Shown in pieces: positions 13,516-26,404 of a DNA stretch of 64,000 nt. The position numbers and the translations under genes were made by a program. This DNA is from Rhizophagus irregularis (taxonomy: Eukaryota). Location: positions 3,782,001-3,846,000 of the forward strand of contig NC_089433.1 of NCBI RefSeq assembly GCF_026210795.1, given 5' to 3'. Under the pieces are notes generated by a model. It made no database searches, was not told the origin of the DNA, and saw only the letters and a program-made list of their open reading frames with translations. Position 1 is the first letter of the stretch, and the number at the start of each line of letters is the position of its first letter.

Positions 13516-14174
13516 TTTTCTATAATCTAGAGTTTTTAAGTAATTCGCTACGAGATAAAGTTTCACTCTAATGGTCTGTTGGATATTTTAATTAAAAGTT
13601 TACTGTCCATTTTTTTAGTGAATTTAAACAAACAATTATCTAGTCAGGAAAAATTGTTATATTTGTATAATATTTACGTATAATTTAAACATTAGAAATC
13701 ATCATAAAGCAGGCCGAAGTTACGTAATGTTGACATTAAGTTTTATTATTAAAGTCTGAAATTTTGCGAACATTATAAGCCTCATTAAAAAAACATCATT
13801 TAATCAATTATAAAGCGAACTTTTTCCTTTTATTTATCTTAACATAAATAGATTTTTACATCTTTTTAATAACTTATTCTTTAAAAAAAAAAAAATTCAA
13901 TATCAAAAAAAACTATTTTAATAATTGTATTTATTAAGGACATCTCTTTAGTTTAAAATTGTACCAGTATTAGGCATATCACCTTACTTTTTATAAATGA
14001 ATATTTGTTTCACCTTTAAAAAACGAAGACCGCAAATGTGATTAATAATCGTCTGAACTAAGTATAGAAAGAAGATTCAAAATTTTATAATTTTTTTTTT
14101 GTAATGAAAAGATAAAATAAATATTACCTACAAAATTATCTAGTACTTCATCCAACAATAAATACTAATTACAT

Positions 14175-15706
14175 TTATTTCCTTATGATTTGAAATACTT
14201 CATAATCTTCTATTGAAAAATTATTTTCAGTATCTCTTATCCTTTTTTCATAATGCCTTTTTTTACAGCAAGATACATTAAAATTTGTATACTCATTTGA
14301 ATTTGAATCTTTGTAAGAATTTATGATAAGATCACTACCAAATTGTGGACCACATTTAGTACTATAATCTAATGCATAATTTGAATTTTTTACTTTGCTA
14401 ATAACTACATATCTATTTTTAAAAGAAAAAATGAAACTATTTTTAGTTACACCCCAAATATGAGAAGTTTCCCATATTAAAGGATTGTATCCACCAATAA
14501 TTTCTTCAGTTCCTTTTACTTTAATAAAAGTAACAGTTTTAGGTTTACCATCACATAATTCATGAAATCTTTTAGGAGTAAATCCATCTCGACTTCCTCG
14601 TAATAATAATTCAAATTTATATGGTAAATATGATTTTTTATAATTTTCATCATTATTAGTCATTTTATCAATCCGTTTTGAAACAGTTGAAATAATATTA
14701 GAATCAACGATTTTTGAATCGATAATTTGAGAATTAATAATTTTAATTTCATTAATCTTAATATTTCTTGGACGTAGAATGTTGTCATTTGAAACACTAC
14801 CAGGATCCAAATAAGAATTTAATAATTCTTCATATAATTGTTGATCAAAGAGTTTTTGATATGGTCGAACTTTTTGCGAAAATTCTCTAGATGATAAACT
14901 AAAAAATCTAATTGAAGGCAAACAACGACCTAAAGTATTTTTCATCGTTTTGAAATCATCATCTGACCAAGTTTCAGGATCTAGAATAAGAATTGGATTT
15001 TTTGCAAGACCCCATTTTAATACATATTCCCATACTTCAATTTCTTTCATTTGTAAATCATCTCTTTTAATAAGTGAAATCAAAGCTTTTTCAGAAAGTG
15101 AAGTGAAATCAAGTGATTTAAATATTTTTTCAGGTGATCGTGCCATTAAATTTGTACAAAATTCTTGAAGTTCTAATAAATTATTAGATTGCGAACTAAT
15201 TTGTTGAGTAAATTCAAAATGTTGTTCCAACAATTCGAACTTATTTTCAATTAAATAATTTTGTAAATAATTAACTAATTCTTGAAGATGAAGTTTATCT
15301 GCAGCGGCTAAAACTTTAATAAAGTCTGAAGCGTCGTTCATATTTAACGAAATAATACCGCCATAAATATATCTAAAAAAAAAAATTAATTTAATAAAAT
15401 ATTAAAATTATAAATTATTCTTTATAGGAATATAGGATATGTTACTTACTCTAAAATTATTTGAAATATTTCAGGTGATATATTTGGTAATTTAATATGA
15501 ACTAAACCATTATCATTATTCTTTTTTTTATTGGAAGCCAAAATTCGTCGTAAATATGGAGAACGATAACACAAAACATTCATGTGAGCACGAAATATTT
15601 TTACGTTAGGGTCTTCACCAACTTCAATTGTTATATCATAGTATTCATCATCTTTCAATAATTCAATATAATTTTGACTTAATTTCGTAAAAAATTTAAT
15701 AGACAT
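14175..15706 (-). CDS. BTB/POZ-BACK-TLDc protein, gene C (exons 15706-15450 and 15372-14175; 484 aa)
   Basis: Start MSIKFFTKLSQNY matches paralog starts; 77-bp GT-AG intron; all family motifs present; open frame. Confidence 0.93.
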
Positions 15707-16329
15707 TTTTGTTAAAAAGAACAACTTTTTGATTGTGGGAAAACGGTTACAAAATTTATAGTTGTGATTAGATCTTCGTTAATTTACGCCAATCTGCGGC
15801 TTGTTTTTACCAAAATTTTATTAGTCTAAAACCTAAAATTTAAAATTCGTTACGTCAAATATAATGTATCTTTTAAGATTCCAATGATTTATTGAATATT
15901 TTGAATAATTTGGTTGAAATGTTGAACAAAAATTTTTAAGTTCATTGTCCATTTTTATAAAAGAACTACTTCACTTTACAAGAGATTCTAGTAAAATTTA
16001 GCCGAACAAATTGTCGGATCGGAAAAAATTTACAACCGATAAACCAAATTGATGCTGGCCAAAATCACCATTATTTGAAGTTATAATCCCAATCACGTGA
16101 TATTGCCGCTAAATTTGAAAATGATTTTGGTTAAGACTATAGGTACTGTATAGGTTGTTCGAATGGAACGCTCTTATATATAAGATAAATAAAATGATAG
16201 TAAGCGCTATTATGAAATATCCCGCTTATCTACTTTCAATCACATGCGCGAAATGTGAGACGATGTAAGCTGCGCCAACTACGTGAATCCAACTTCCATA
16301 AGTAATTTGTATAAAAATAAAATCTCCTT

Positions 16330-16740
16330 ATAATTTGTGATAATACTTCACAAATCATAATCTTTTATTAAAAAATATTTTTTTGTCTTATACTTTTTTT
16401 ATGAAAATTCTTTTTACGGCAGGTATTATAATTTGTAGATTCAGAGGAAGATTATATAAAAGAATCACGGCCCAATTGCGGCTCAAAATTAGGACAATCA
16501 TTATCTGAATAAGTATTATGATCAGGAAGAAGTGTATCCTTCAATTGTAAATCATTCTTAATAAGTTGAAACAAAAATTTTTTAGAAAGTGGATTGAATC
16601 TAAATAATGACTTGAATATTTTCTTTGCGGCCTTTACTATAAATTTGTATAAAATTCTTAAAAAATTTAATTAAAGGCTTGTTCGCATCCGATAAAACAG
16701 ATTCAAAATATTGTTCCATCAACTAGCTCTTGAAGATATT
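16330..16740 (-). pseudogene. Heavily deleted BTB-BACK-TLDc relic
   Basis: Minus-strand pieces resemble LQELVD, MEQYFE, KIFKS, NDLQLKD, LPDHNTYSDND, PQLGRD..SSSESTNYN and IKDY, with frameshifts and large deletions between them. Confidence 0.6.
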
Positions 16741-17142
16741 GAGTACGGCAGCACAAAAGCGCGCAAAGAAATTTTACACGAGAATCTTCAACAATTTCGA
16801 TTATAAAATTTTAATAGTAATTATTATACAATAATTCAATGTAGTTTATTAATAAACTTCATAACTCACAAGAACATTTTTATGATTATAAATCAATGGT
16901 TATAAAAGGTTTAAATATTCTGTAATTAATGAAGTTTAAAATTTACTTATTTTAATTACGGTATACATTCCTTGTATGGATATTTTAATTGTAGTGAAAC
17001 CTAATGAGTCGCGCAGACACGCAGTAGTACAAACGCTGAATTTGTCATCTGTTTCTAATTATCTTTTTTCACCTTTGAATAAAGGGAAGTTTAAATTTAT
17101 TAATTGTGTATCTGAATTATATAACAGAATATCTTAAAATAA

Positions 17143-17529
17143 TTTTATTTTATTTATTTTATTTTTCAAATTAGACACGACTGGAGTCTTACAAATAAAT
17201 GGAAAAAACATAAACTACTAGTCTAATAATCCCAATGTCATGAAAGTACCCAACCTCAACTGGGGGAGCCAGTGAAGTCGCCCTGCCTGCTATTCTAGAA
17301 GAACACACCAGGCATAGCCTGCAGTCTATAGCGTAACCAAATTAGAAATAAAAGGAACCATTAAAGAAAAAGTGCGAGAAAAAAAAGTAAGATCTATTGT
17401 AAAAAAAAAATCATCTAACTCAAACTCAATAACACTAGGGTGTCGAATATGAGACGACCATCCTCCTGAATGTAAAAAATTAGAAGTATGCAAGATCAAC
17501 CAAAGCGGAATAGGAGGACCGTTGGGATG
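17143..17529 (-). mobile_element. 5'-truncated non-LTR retroelement insertion (387 bp) with 16-bp TSD
   Basis: gaatatcttaaaataa is duplicated at 17127-17142 and 17530-17545. A (TTTTA)n tail lies at the left end. The empty site is present in the paralogous flanks near 23990 and 29403. Confidence 0.85.
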
Positions 17530-17836
17530 GAATATCTTAAAATAAGATTTTGAGAGAAAATCCACCGTATGTTAATTACCCAATCACGTGATCCTACGTT
17601 GAAAAAGTTTATACTCGCAAAAATTTCAATACAACATTTTAACATTTTAATTACTCTTTGCATGAATAATTATTAAATTTGTAATTGATTATACCTTTAT
17701 AAATATAATAGTATGAAATATAAACTGACGTTTAATCAAAGATAAAAATAATTCATTTTACAAAAAAATATAGCTAACGTAATGTATATAATATACTAAA
17801 ACTTTCACAATTTATAATATAATCATAATTTGGAAA

Positions 17837-19493
17837 TTATTTCTTAATTATCTGAAATACTTCATAATCTTCCATAGAAAACTCACCTTCAGAATCTATT
17901 AATTTCCTTTCATAATCATCTTGTTGATAAGAAATTTTCTCATAATCTTTAAATTCATTAGAGGAAGACATAACAATATCGCCACCAAATTGTGGACCAT
18001 GTTCGTATTTATAAAATATCGCATAATTTTTATCTTTTACTTTACTAATAATATTTTTAATATGCATATTTCTATCAGCAGTTTTACCATAATAACTATT
18101 GGTAGATTCCCATTTTAAAGGATTATATCCACAGAATATTTCTTCTTTTCCTTTTATTTTAATAAAAGTAACAGTATTATGTTTACCATCACATAATTCG
18201 TGAAATTTTTCAGGAGTAAATCCGTCTCGACTTCCTCTTAATATTAAGTTAAATTTATATGGTAAATAATAATGCGATTCCCTATCATTTGTAACCACTT
18301 TATCAATCCATTTTAAGATAGTTGAAAAAATATTGGAATTCGATTCCCTTTCATTTACAACCACTTTATCAATCCATTTTAAAACAATTAAACTCATATT
18401 AGAATCAACAATTTTTGAATCAATAATTTGAGAATCATCAGTTTTTGAATCAACAATTTTTGAATCAATAATTTGAGAATCGTTAATTTTTGAATCAATA
18501 ATTTGAGAATCATCAATTTTTGAATCAATAATTTGGGAATCATCAATTTTAATTTCTTTAATCTTGATTTTTCTTGGTCGTAAAATATTGATATTGAATA
18601 CACTATCGGGATCCAAATAAGAACTTAATAATTCTTCATATTGTTGTTGATCCAAGAGTTTTTGATATGGTCGAACTTTTTGTGAGAACTCTCTAGATGA
18701 TAAACTGAAAAATCTAATTAAAGGCAAACAGTTTTGTAAAGTATTTTTCATTGTTTCGAAATCATTATCTGACCAAGTTTTAGGATCTAGAGTGAGAGTT
18801 GGATTTTGTGCAAGTCCCCATTTTACTACTTGTTCCCATACTTCAATTTCTTTCATTTGTAAATCATCTCTTTTAATAAGTGAAACTAAAGAATCTTCAG
18901 AAAGTAAAATAAAATCAAATGAATTAAATATTTTTTCAGGATATTGAGCCATTATATTTGAACAATATTCTTGAAGCTCTAATAAATTATTAGATTTTGA
19001 ACTAATTTGATGAGTTAATCCGAAATTTTGTTCTATCCACTCTGGCTTATCTTCAATTAAATATTTTTGTAAATAATCAATTAGTTCTTGAAGATGAAGG
19101 TTATCTGCAGCGTCCAAAATTTTTATAAAGTCCAAAGTTTCTTCATTCAACGAAAGAATACCACCATAAATATACCTTTACATTGTAAAAAAAAAAAAAT
19201 TTAATAAATATGGTAATAATACATTATCATTTATTTAATTATTTTAAAACTTACTCTAAAATAGTTTGAAATATTTCCGGTAAAACATTTGGTAATTTAA
19301 TGCGAGTTGATACGTTATTGTTCTCTTTATTGGAAGATAAAATTTGTCGTAAATATGAAGAACGGTAGCACAAAATATTCTTATGAGCACGAAATAATTT
19401 TACGTCGGGGTCTTCACCAACTTCAATTGTAATATCATGATATTCATCATCTTTCAATAATTCAATGTAATTTGTAAAAAATTGAACAGGCAT
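17837..19493 (-). CDS. BTB/POZ-BACK-TLDc protein, gene D (exons 19493-19255 and 19175-17837; 525 aa), expanded linker repeat and in-frame TLDc deletion
   Basis: 79-bp GT-AG intron; open frame; ten pentapeptide (K/Q)xxDS units; lacks the SFIFSFK motif. Confidence 0.88.
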
Positions 19494-19729
19494 TTTTTCC
19501 AAAATACGGATTTTTTGATTTAAAATACGGAAAAAAGAGAATATTTATGATAATTCGTAAAAATATAATAGTAAATGATCTGCTATCATTGCGATTTACG
19601 CCTAATCAGTTTTTTTTTTTTTTGATTAACGTATTTTACGCCTAATCAGTTTTTGATTTACATAGAATTTAGCCATCATGATTCATGACATAATTGACAT
19701 ATGTTTATCCGTTTGTTCCATTATAGTGT

Positions 19730-20495
19730 CCGTGCTTGATGTTTATATATCACGTTCTTGATGATTTTATCCGACTTGACTATATTCGATAAAAAATTAG
19801 TTTCTTTGTCAGCACAGGGTTGATATTTTGTCAATCACGTTTTTTAAGTTTAGCGTAGTTTTAAATTTTTTTTTTAAATTTTACACGAAGAATTTTTTTT
19901 TTACTGGCTTTTATTTTTAATAGGAAAAGGCTTTTTTTTGATAGAATTTCTTTGGGAACTTTTTTTAATAAAAAGGTTTTTTTTTGATAAATAATTTCGT
20001 TAAAGAAATTTATTTGATAGAAATTTCACTGGAGAATTTTTTTTTAATAAGATTTTTTTTTTGACACCTAATTTGTTGGAACAATTTTTTTTAACAGAAG
20101 GGATTTTTTTTTTATAAAGAATTTATAGAAAATTCCTTGAAGAATTTTTTAATAGGGAAATTTTTTTTTTTGATAGATACTTTGTTAAAAAATTTTCTAA
20201 CGAAATCGAGATTTTTTTTTGATAGAGAATTTCGTTAAGAATTTTTTTTTTTAATAGGAGGGAAGTTTTTTTTGATATAGAAATTCTTTTGAAATTTTTT
20301 TTAATAAGGAAAATGTGTTTTATGACGGAAGATTTTCGTTAGAAATTTTTCTTTAATAGGGGATATTTTTTTTGATTGAGAATTTCATTAGAGAATTGTT
20401 GGTTGAAAAGTTTTTTTAATTTTTTGATGGAGAATTTTGTTTAGAAGTCTTAATAGAAAATTTTATTGAAAACAGTTTTTTTTTAATAAGGGTAT
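19730..20495. repeat. Degenerate poly-T/gatagagaatt repeat block, copy 1
   Basis: Starts with ccgtgcttgatg motifs, then alternating (T)n-aatag(g) and (T)n-gatag.gaattt units, ending aattttgtttagaagtcttaatagaaaattttattgaaaa. Homologous to 26405-27510 and 34660-35640. Confidence 0.85.
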
Positions 20496-22842
20496 TGAAA
20501 AATCAATAATTTTAATAATTTTATCTATAAATAAATTGGTAACTTTTATATCAAAAAAAAAATTTTTTTTATTAATAAATAATTAATAGAAAAATTCAGG
20601 ATGTAGTGTAGTATTGCTGTATGTCTCAAAATTTTGCCAATTGCTGATTATTTAATAAGTGTGCAGTCCGATTTATTATTATAGCTTAAAGTATAATAAT
20701 ATTACAAAATCCTTAGGTGACTTTTAAGTAAAAAAACTTTCTATATTTCATTCTGCATTTAATACAATTCAAAAATGGTCATATTTTCTAAATTCTTTCA
20801 CTTGTTTCATTCTTAAAGAAATTAATAATGTAAAAAATTAAATCGTGATATTCTTTATTACATCTTTCAAGATAAAAAAACTTAATTATTACCAATTTAA
20901 ACAAGTTTAATTCAGATGCATCCATACTGTTACTAGGTGTAGTACATTCGCCGGTAAAATAGTGCGACTTGTTGCACTTAAAAATCTTACAATCCTTTAT
21001 AATTATGAGAACGAACGGATAAAACCATTAATTACTATTTAGAATACAAAATTAAATTATTGATGTGAAGAGAAGAAAGAATCTAAGATATCCAAAAGAA
21101 AAATGACCGAGTTAAAGATTGATATTATATTATTCAGAATCCCATATAGGGTTTTTACATTTCTCATATAATTCGCAATTTTAACAATTAGGATCATATG
21201 ATTTCACTTTGACAATTTTGATTTTAAGTAAGAGAATTTTGGAACAAAAATATTTATAATTTTCTTAAATATTAATATTTTTAAATAATTTAATAATGCG
21301 TGAAAAATTAATATTCTGCAGTTGTTATATTCCATCATTCCAATTCGTTAACGGGCTAACACGTGATGATCGATCGGAGCGTACTTTACTATCAGATATA
21401 TTATTAAATGGTGAAAATGGTTGTCGTACATAGTACGTACTCCGCAGATGAATAAATGTTGTCATTAATAACTCATATCATTATAATTTCTAAATTTTAA
21501 TATGTTTATTTAAACTTTGCACGAACAAATTGAAAGATTCAACAATGATATGCTAAAGCAAGTAATGTTGACATAACAAAGGGTAGTGACTAGGGCACTG
21601 CAACCGACAATATCTTTCCAACGCACGAATATTCGTTTACGAATCTTTATAAGAATCCGTTTAATTATAAAATAAATATTAATATGATATTTTATGTAGA
21701 TGATTTCGTACCATATTAATGAAATACATTTAAAAACTTGACAATAATTTTCCTTTGGTAGGGTCACTTTTCAAAATTATGATCAATAACAGCATGATTT
21801 CCTCAATTCAAATTTTTTTTGCGGTTAAATTAAAAATTTGCAAAGTTAATTTCTTTCTTAAAATCGATTCAATTTATTTATTTTATGTTTTTATTTTCTA
21901 AATTAAAAGTATTAAACGAAAAATCGCAAACTATATTTATTATTAATTATTTTATTTTTCCTAAATTAATGTTTAAATAATATTTTTTTTATTACAATTT
22001 TCAAAGTCATTTAAGTTAAATATAACGACGGCACAAAGTTACTTTTATGATTACAAATATTGGTTACACATTAATTTTTTTAATATGGAATGCTATTATT
22101 TTAAATAAAAATTGTGTACCAATCGTTATACATAGTAGTAAATTAATTAACTTGGTTATATTATTATTTATTTTAGGATTATATCTTAAGTGTATATTTT
22201 TATGGAAGTATCAGATAAGCAAAAAGAATATATTATATATGTTCATATTAAAATATATAGTTGTTAAAGTTTTGTGTAAAAAAAGAGCGAGATGCTCAAC
22301 TTTGATTACAAACGTTAGAAAGTGGTTGCAATTTGCAAACAAATAGTAATTATTATCTTCCATATATTTAAAAGTGATTTACAGTATTTATTATTATTAT
22401 TATTGGTTTTTTATCTGTAAAAAATTTTAAATAAAAGAATTTTTTCTTTTTAAATAGTTATTTAACACTTTAATTGACCCATCTAAAATTATTTTTTGAA
22501 GTGGATTAAAAAAATCTTTCATGAACCAGAGAAACTGCAATCGTATCTGCAGTAATCACTCCAAAAAAACAAATATTAGTTCATTTATTATCTTATAATT
22601 TTTTTTTCTTTTCAATACAATAAGTTAATAATCACAATCTTAAAGGATAAAAATAATAAATTGACTTAAATTCACACAAAAAAAAAAATTCCAAATATCA
22701 TTAAAAATTTAACGAATTATTATAAGCTGATTGTCAGGCATCAATTTACGCAATTTTTTTCACACAATTATGACCGAAAAAATTCCAAATATCAATGACC
22801 TTATATTACGGAGTTTACATAGTTTTTGGATAAAACTTTTTA

Positions 22843-22905
22843 TAGGGATGAAGGGAGAACGAAAGGGTTATGGGAGAACGAAAGGGAAGGGGAGAACGAA
22901 GGGAT
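22843..22905 (+). repeat. Short G-rich tandem repeat (gggagaacgaa(a)ggg x3)
   Basis: Three copies are directly visible, with seven runs of three or more G. Confidence 0.7.
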
Positions 22906-23385
22906 TAAAAAGTTCAACGAATTTTAAGTCAGCCATTTGTTGGTGTATCTGAATATGATTAAGCTTATTTCATATCATGTGGAAAATATACAATAGCAAT
23001 TACCCTAAAACTGAGTTTAGATCGGTCCATCACATTATTTGTCTCCAATAACGCTGATAAAATAGGAGACTTGCTACATTTAAAACTTTCGATTTTTTGT
23101 AATTATTAAAATGAAAGGATCTTTATCATTTCAACAGTAAAAATTGGTACTTACCTTAGCGCAGCAGCATTATTACGGATGTTAAGTAGTTTGATCTGAA
23201 CTGGTTAAAACTGAGTTTAAGTTTAAACCATTTTGATTTAGCTAAAACTAGTTAAAACTAGTTATTTTACTAGTTAGATTTGATAACTAAGTTTAAACAA
23301 ACTTACAATGATATACACAAATAATTTGAATTCCAACAAACAGTCCTTGCTGATAAGATTCTGAAAAAACTTCATAGTGGTAAAA

Positions 23386-23885
23386 GTAGTACTTAAAAAG
23401 TTATAAAATGTTGAAAGTGCAAATCAAAGTTTGTTTGAAGAGGTTTGTATAATTATATTCTAAATTTATTGTATAAAATTATGAGACTTTATATTAATAT
23501 GAGCATTTTTACAAATTATTACCTTTTAGGCTAAATCACATTTAACTATAAGTAATAAATGGGCAGCTGTTGTTCGATGTTATGGTTTAACGCAAAATCC
23601 ATCAAATGGAAATTATATGCTTGTGATAGAGAAAATGGATATAGATATAAGAAATATTTACAACAAAATCATAATCAACTTACATGGAAAGATAGAATAA
23701 ATATTACTTATGCAATAATTTATGCAATTATTTATATTCATGATGAGAAAGCAATTCATAGAGATTTATATTCTGGAAATATATTATATTTACATTACTG
23801 GTATATTGGTGATCTTGGATTTTGTGGACCTGCTAATAAATCTTCAAGTATATATGGAAATCTTCCTCACATAGCACCCGAAGTT
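23386..23885 (+). pseudogene. Truncated tyrosine-kinase-like protein kinase fragment
   Basis: VVLKKL*NVESANQSLFEE, intron 23443-23529, AKSHLTISNKW..VRCYGLTQNPSNGNYMLV, a frameshift, then IHRDLYSGNIL, IGDLGFCGPA, IYGNLPHIAPEV, where it ends abruptly. Confidence 0.85.
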
Positions 23886-24330
23886 GTCCAATGTAATTTT
23901 GAATTTGTTCTGTTTCTAATCATCTTTTTTCATCTTTGAAACAAAGGGAAGTTTAAATTTATTAATTGTGTATTTGAGCTATATAACAGAATATCTTAAA
24001 AATAAGATTTTGAGAGAAAATCCACCGTATGTTACTAATTACCTACTCACGTGATCCTACGTTGAAAAAGTTAAATATTTATACTCGCAAAAATTTTCAA
24101 TACTTTAACATTTACAACATTTTAACATTTTAATTACTCTTTGCATGAATAATTATTAAATTCGTAATTGATTATACCTTTATAAATATAATAGTATGAA
24201 ATATACTAACGTTTAATCATCAAAGATAAAATAATTCATTTTTACAAAAAAAATATAGCTCATGTATTGTATATAATATACTAAAACTTTCACAATTTAC
24301 AATATAATAATAATTGGATAATATTCAAAA

Positions 24331-25860
24331 TTATTTTTTAACTATCTTAAATACTTCATAATCTTCCATAGAAAACACACCATCAGAATCTCTTAATTTC
24401 TTTTCATAATCATCTTGTTGATAAGAAATTGTCTCATAATCTATAAATTCATTAGAAGAAGACATAACAATGTCACCACCAAATTGTGGACCATGTTCAT
24501 ATTTATAAAATATCGCATAATTTTTATCTTTTACTTTACTAATAATTGCATTTTTAATATGATGCTTATTTTTAAAAGTAAAAATAAAGCTATTTTCAGT
24601 TTTACCATAACTATTGGTAGATTCCCATTTTAAAGGATTATATCCACCAAGTATTTCTTTGGTTCCTTTTATTTTAATGAAAGTAACAGTGTTATGTTTA
24701 CCATCACATAATTCATGAAATTTTTTAGGAGTAAATCCATCTCGACTTCCTCTTAATATTAAATAAAATTTATATGGTAAATATGGTTCCCTATCATTTG
24801 TAACCACTTTATCAATCCATTTTGAAACAATTGAAATAATATTAGAATTAACAATTTTTGAATCAATAATTTGAGAATCATTGATTTTTGAATCAATAAT
24901 TTGGGAATCATCAATTTTAATTTCTTTAATCTTAATTTTTCTTGGTCGTAAAATATTGATATTGAATACACTACCGGGATCCAAATAAGAACTTAATAAT
25001 TCTTCATATTGTTGTTGATCCAAGAGTTTTTGATATGGTCGAACTTTTTGTGAGAACTCTTTAGATGATAAACTGAAAAATCTAATTAAAGGCAAACAGT
25101 TTTGTAAAGTATTTTTCATTGTTTCGAAATCATTATCTGACCAAGTTTTAGGATCTGGAGCGATAGTCGGATTTCGTGCAAGTCCCCATTTTACTACTTG
25201 TTCCCATACTTCAATTTCTTTCATTTGTAAATCATCTCTTTTAATAAGTGAAACTAAAGAATCTTCAGAAAGTAAAATAAAATCAAATGAATTAAATATT
25301 TTTTCAGGATATTGAGCCATTATATTTGAACAATATTCTTGAAGCTCTAATAAATTATTAGATTTTGAACTAATTTGATGAGTTAATCCGAAATTTTGTT
25401 CTATCCACTCTGGCTTATCTTCAATTAAAGATTTTTGTAAATAATCAATTAGTTCTTGAAGATGAAGGTTATCTGCAGCGTCCAAAATTTTAAAAAAGTC
25501 CAAAGTTTTTTCATTCAACGAAAGAATACCACCATAAATATACCTTTACATTGTAAAAAAAAAAAATTTAATAAATATGGTAATAATATATTATCATTTA
25601 TTTAATTATTTTAAAACTTACTCTAAAATAGTTTGAAATATTTCTGGTAAAACATTTGGTAATTTAATGCGAGTTAATACGTTATTGTTCTCTTTATTGG
25701 AAGATAAAATTTGTCGTAAATATGGAGAACGGTAGCACAAAATATTCTTATGAGCACGAAATAATTTTACGTTGGGGTCTTCACCAACTTCAATTGTAAT
25801 ATCGTGATATTCATCATCTTTCAATAATTCAATGTAATTTGTAAAAAATTGAACAGGCAT
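24331..25860 (-). CDS. BTB/POZ-BACK-TLDc protein, gene E (exons 25860-25622 and 25543-24331; 483 aa), close paralog of gene D
   Basis: 78-bp GT-AG intron; open frame; exon 1, intron and flanks nearly identical to gene D. Confidence 0.93.
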
Positions 25861-26023
25861 TTTTCCAATTTATATAAAATACGGATTTTTGATTTAAAAT
25901 ACGGAAGAAAAAAGAGAATATTTATGATAATTCGTAAAAATATGATAGTAAATGATCTGCTATTGCGATTTACGCCTAATCAGTTTTTTTTTTTTTTTTG
26001 ATTAACGTATTTTACGCCTAATC

Positions 26024-26025
<2 letters not shown>

Positions 26026-26069
<44 letters not shown>

Positions 26070-26322
26070 GTAAACGTATTTATTAATTTATTAGTAAAAG
26101 TAACGCATCACAATACATAATAATCATAACATTAATACTTGAAATTCAGAATCATACGATCCTGAACCCCTCCATACCAAAGCCATGGGTTATCTAACCA
26201 AGGCGCGGATAAACATAACCAAAGATAAAATAAATGAAAACTATTGCTTCTACATTAACAATACTAAACTACTTCTTTAATCTACTCCTACCCTTTCTAA
26301 CCACTCTACTAAAACCTTCCGG
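26026..26322 (-). mobile_element. Short poly(A)-tailed retro-insertion (about 297 bp) with TSD
   Basis: cgcctaatcag(ttttt) is duplicated at 26015 and 26323. A 43-nt T run (26026-26068) is a poly(A) tail on the minus strand, preceded by AATAAA. The empty site is upstream of gene D near 19640. Confidence 0.9.
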
Positions 26323-26404
26323 CGCCTAATCAGTTTTTGATTAACATAGAATTTAGCCATCATGATTCATGACATAATTGACATATGTTTATCCATTATA
26401 GTGT

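Noticed and set aside
19730..20495. CRISPR-like repeat-spacer appearance of the T-rich blocks (also 8380-8720)
   Set aside because: Units are degenerate and homopolymer-based with no unique spacers or cas genes, and the context is eukaryotic.
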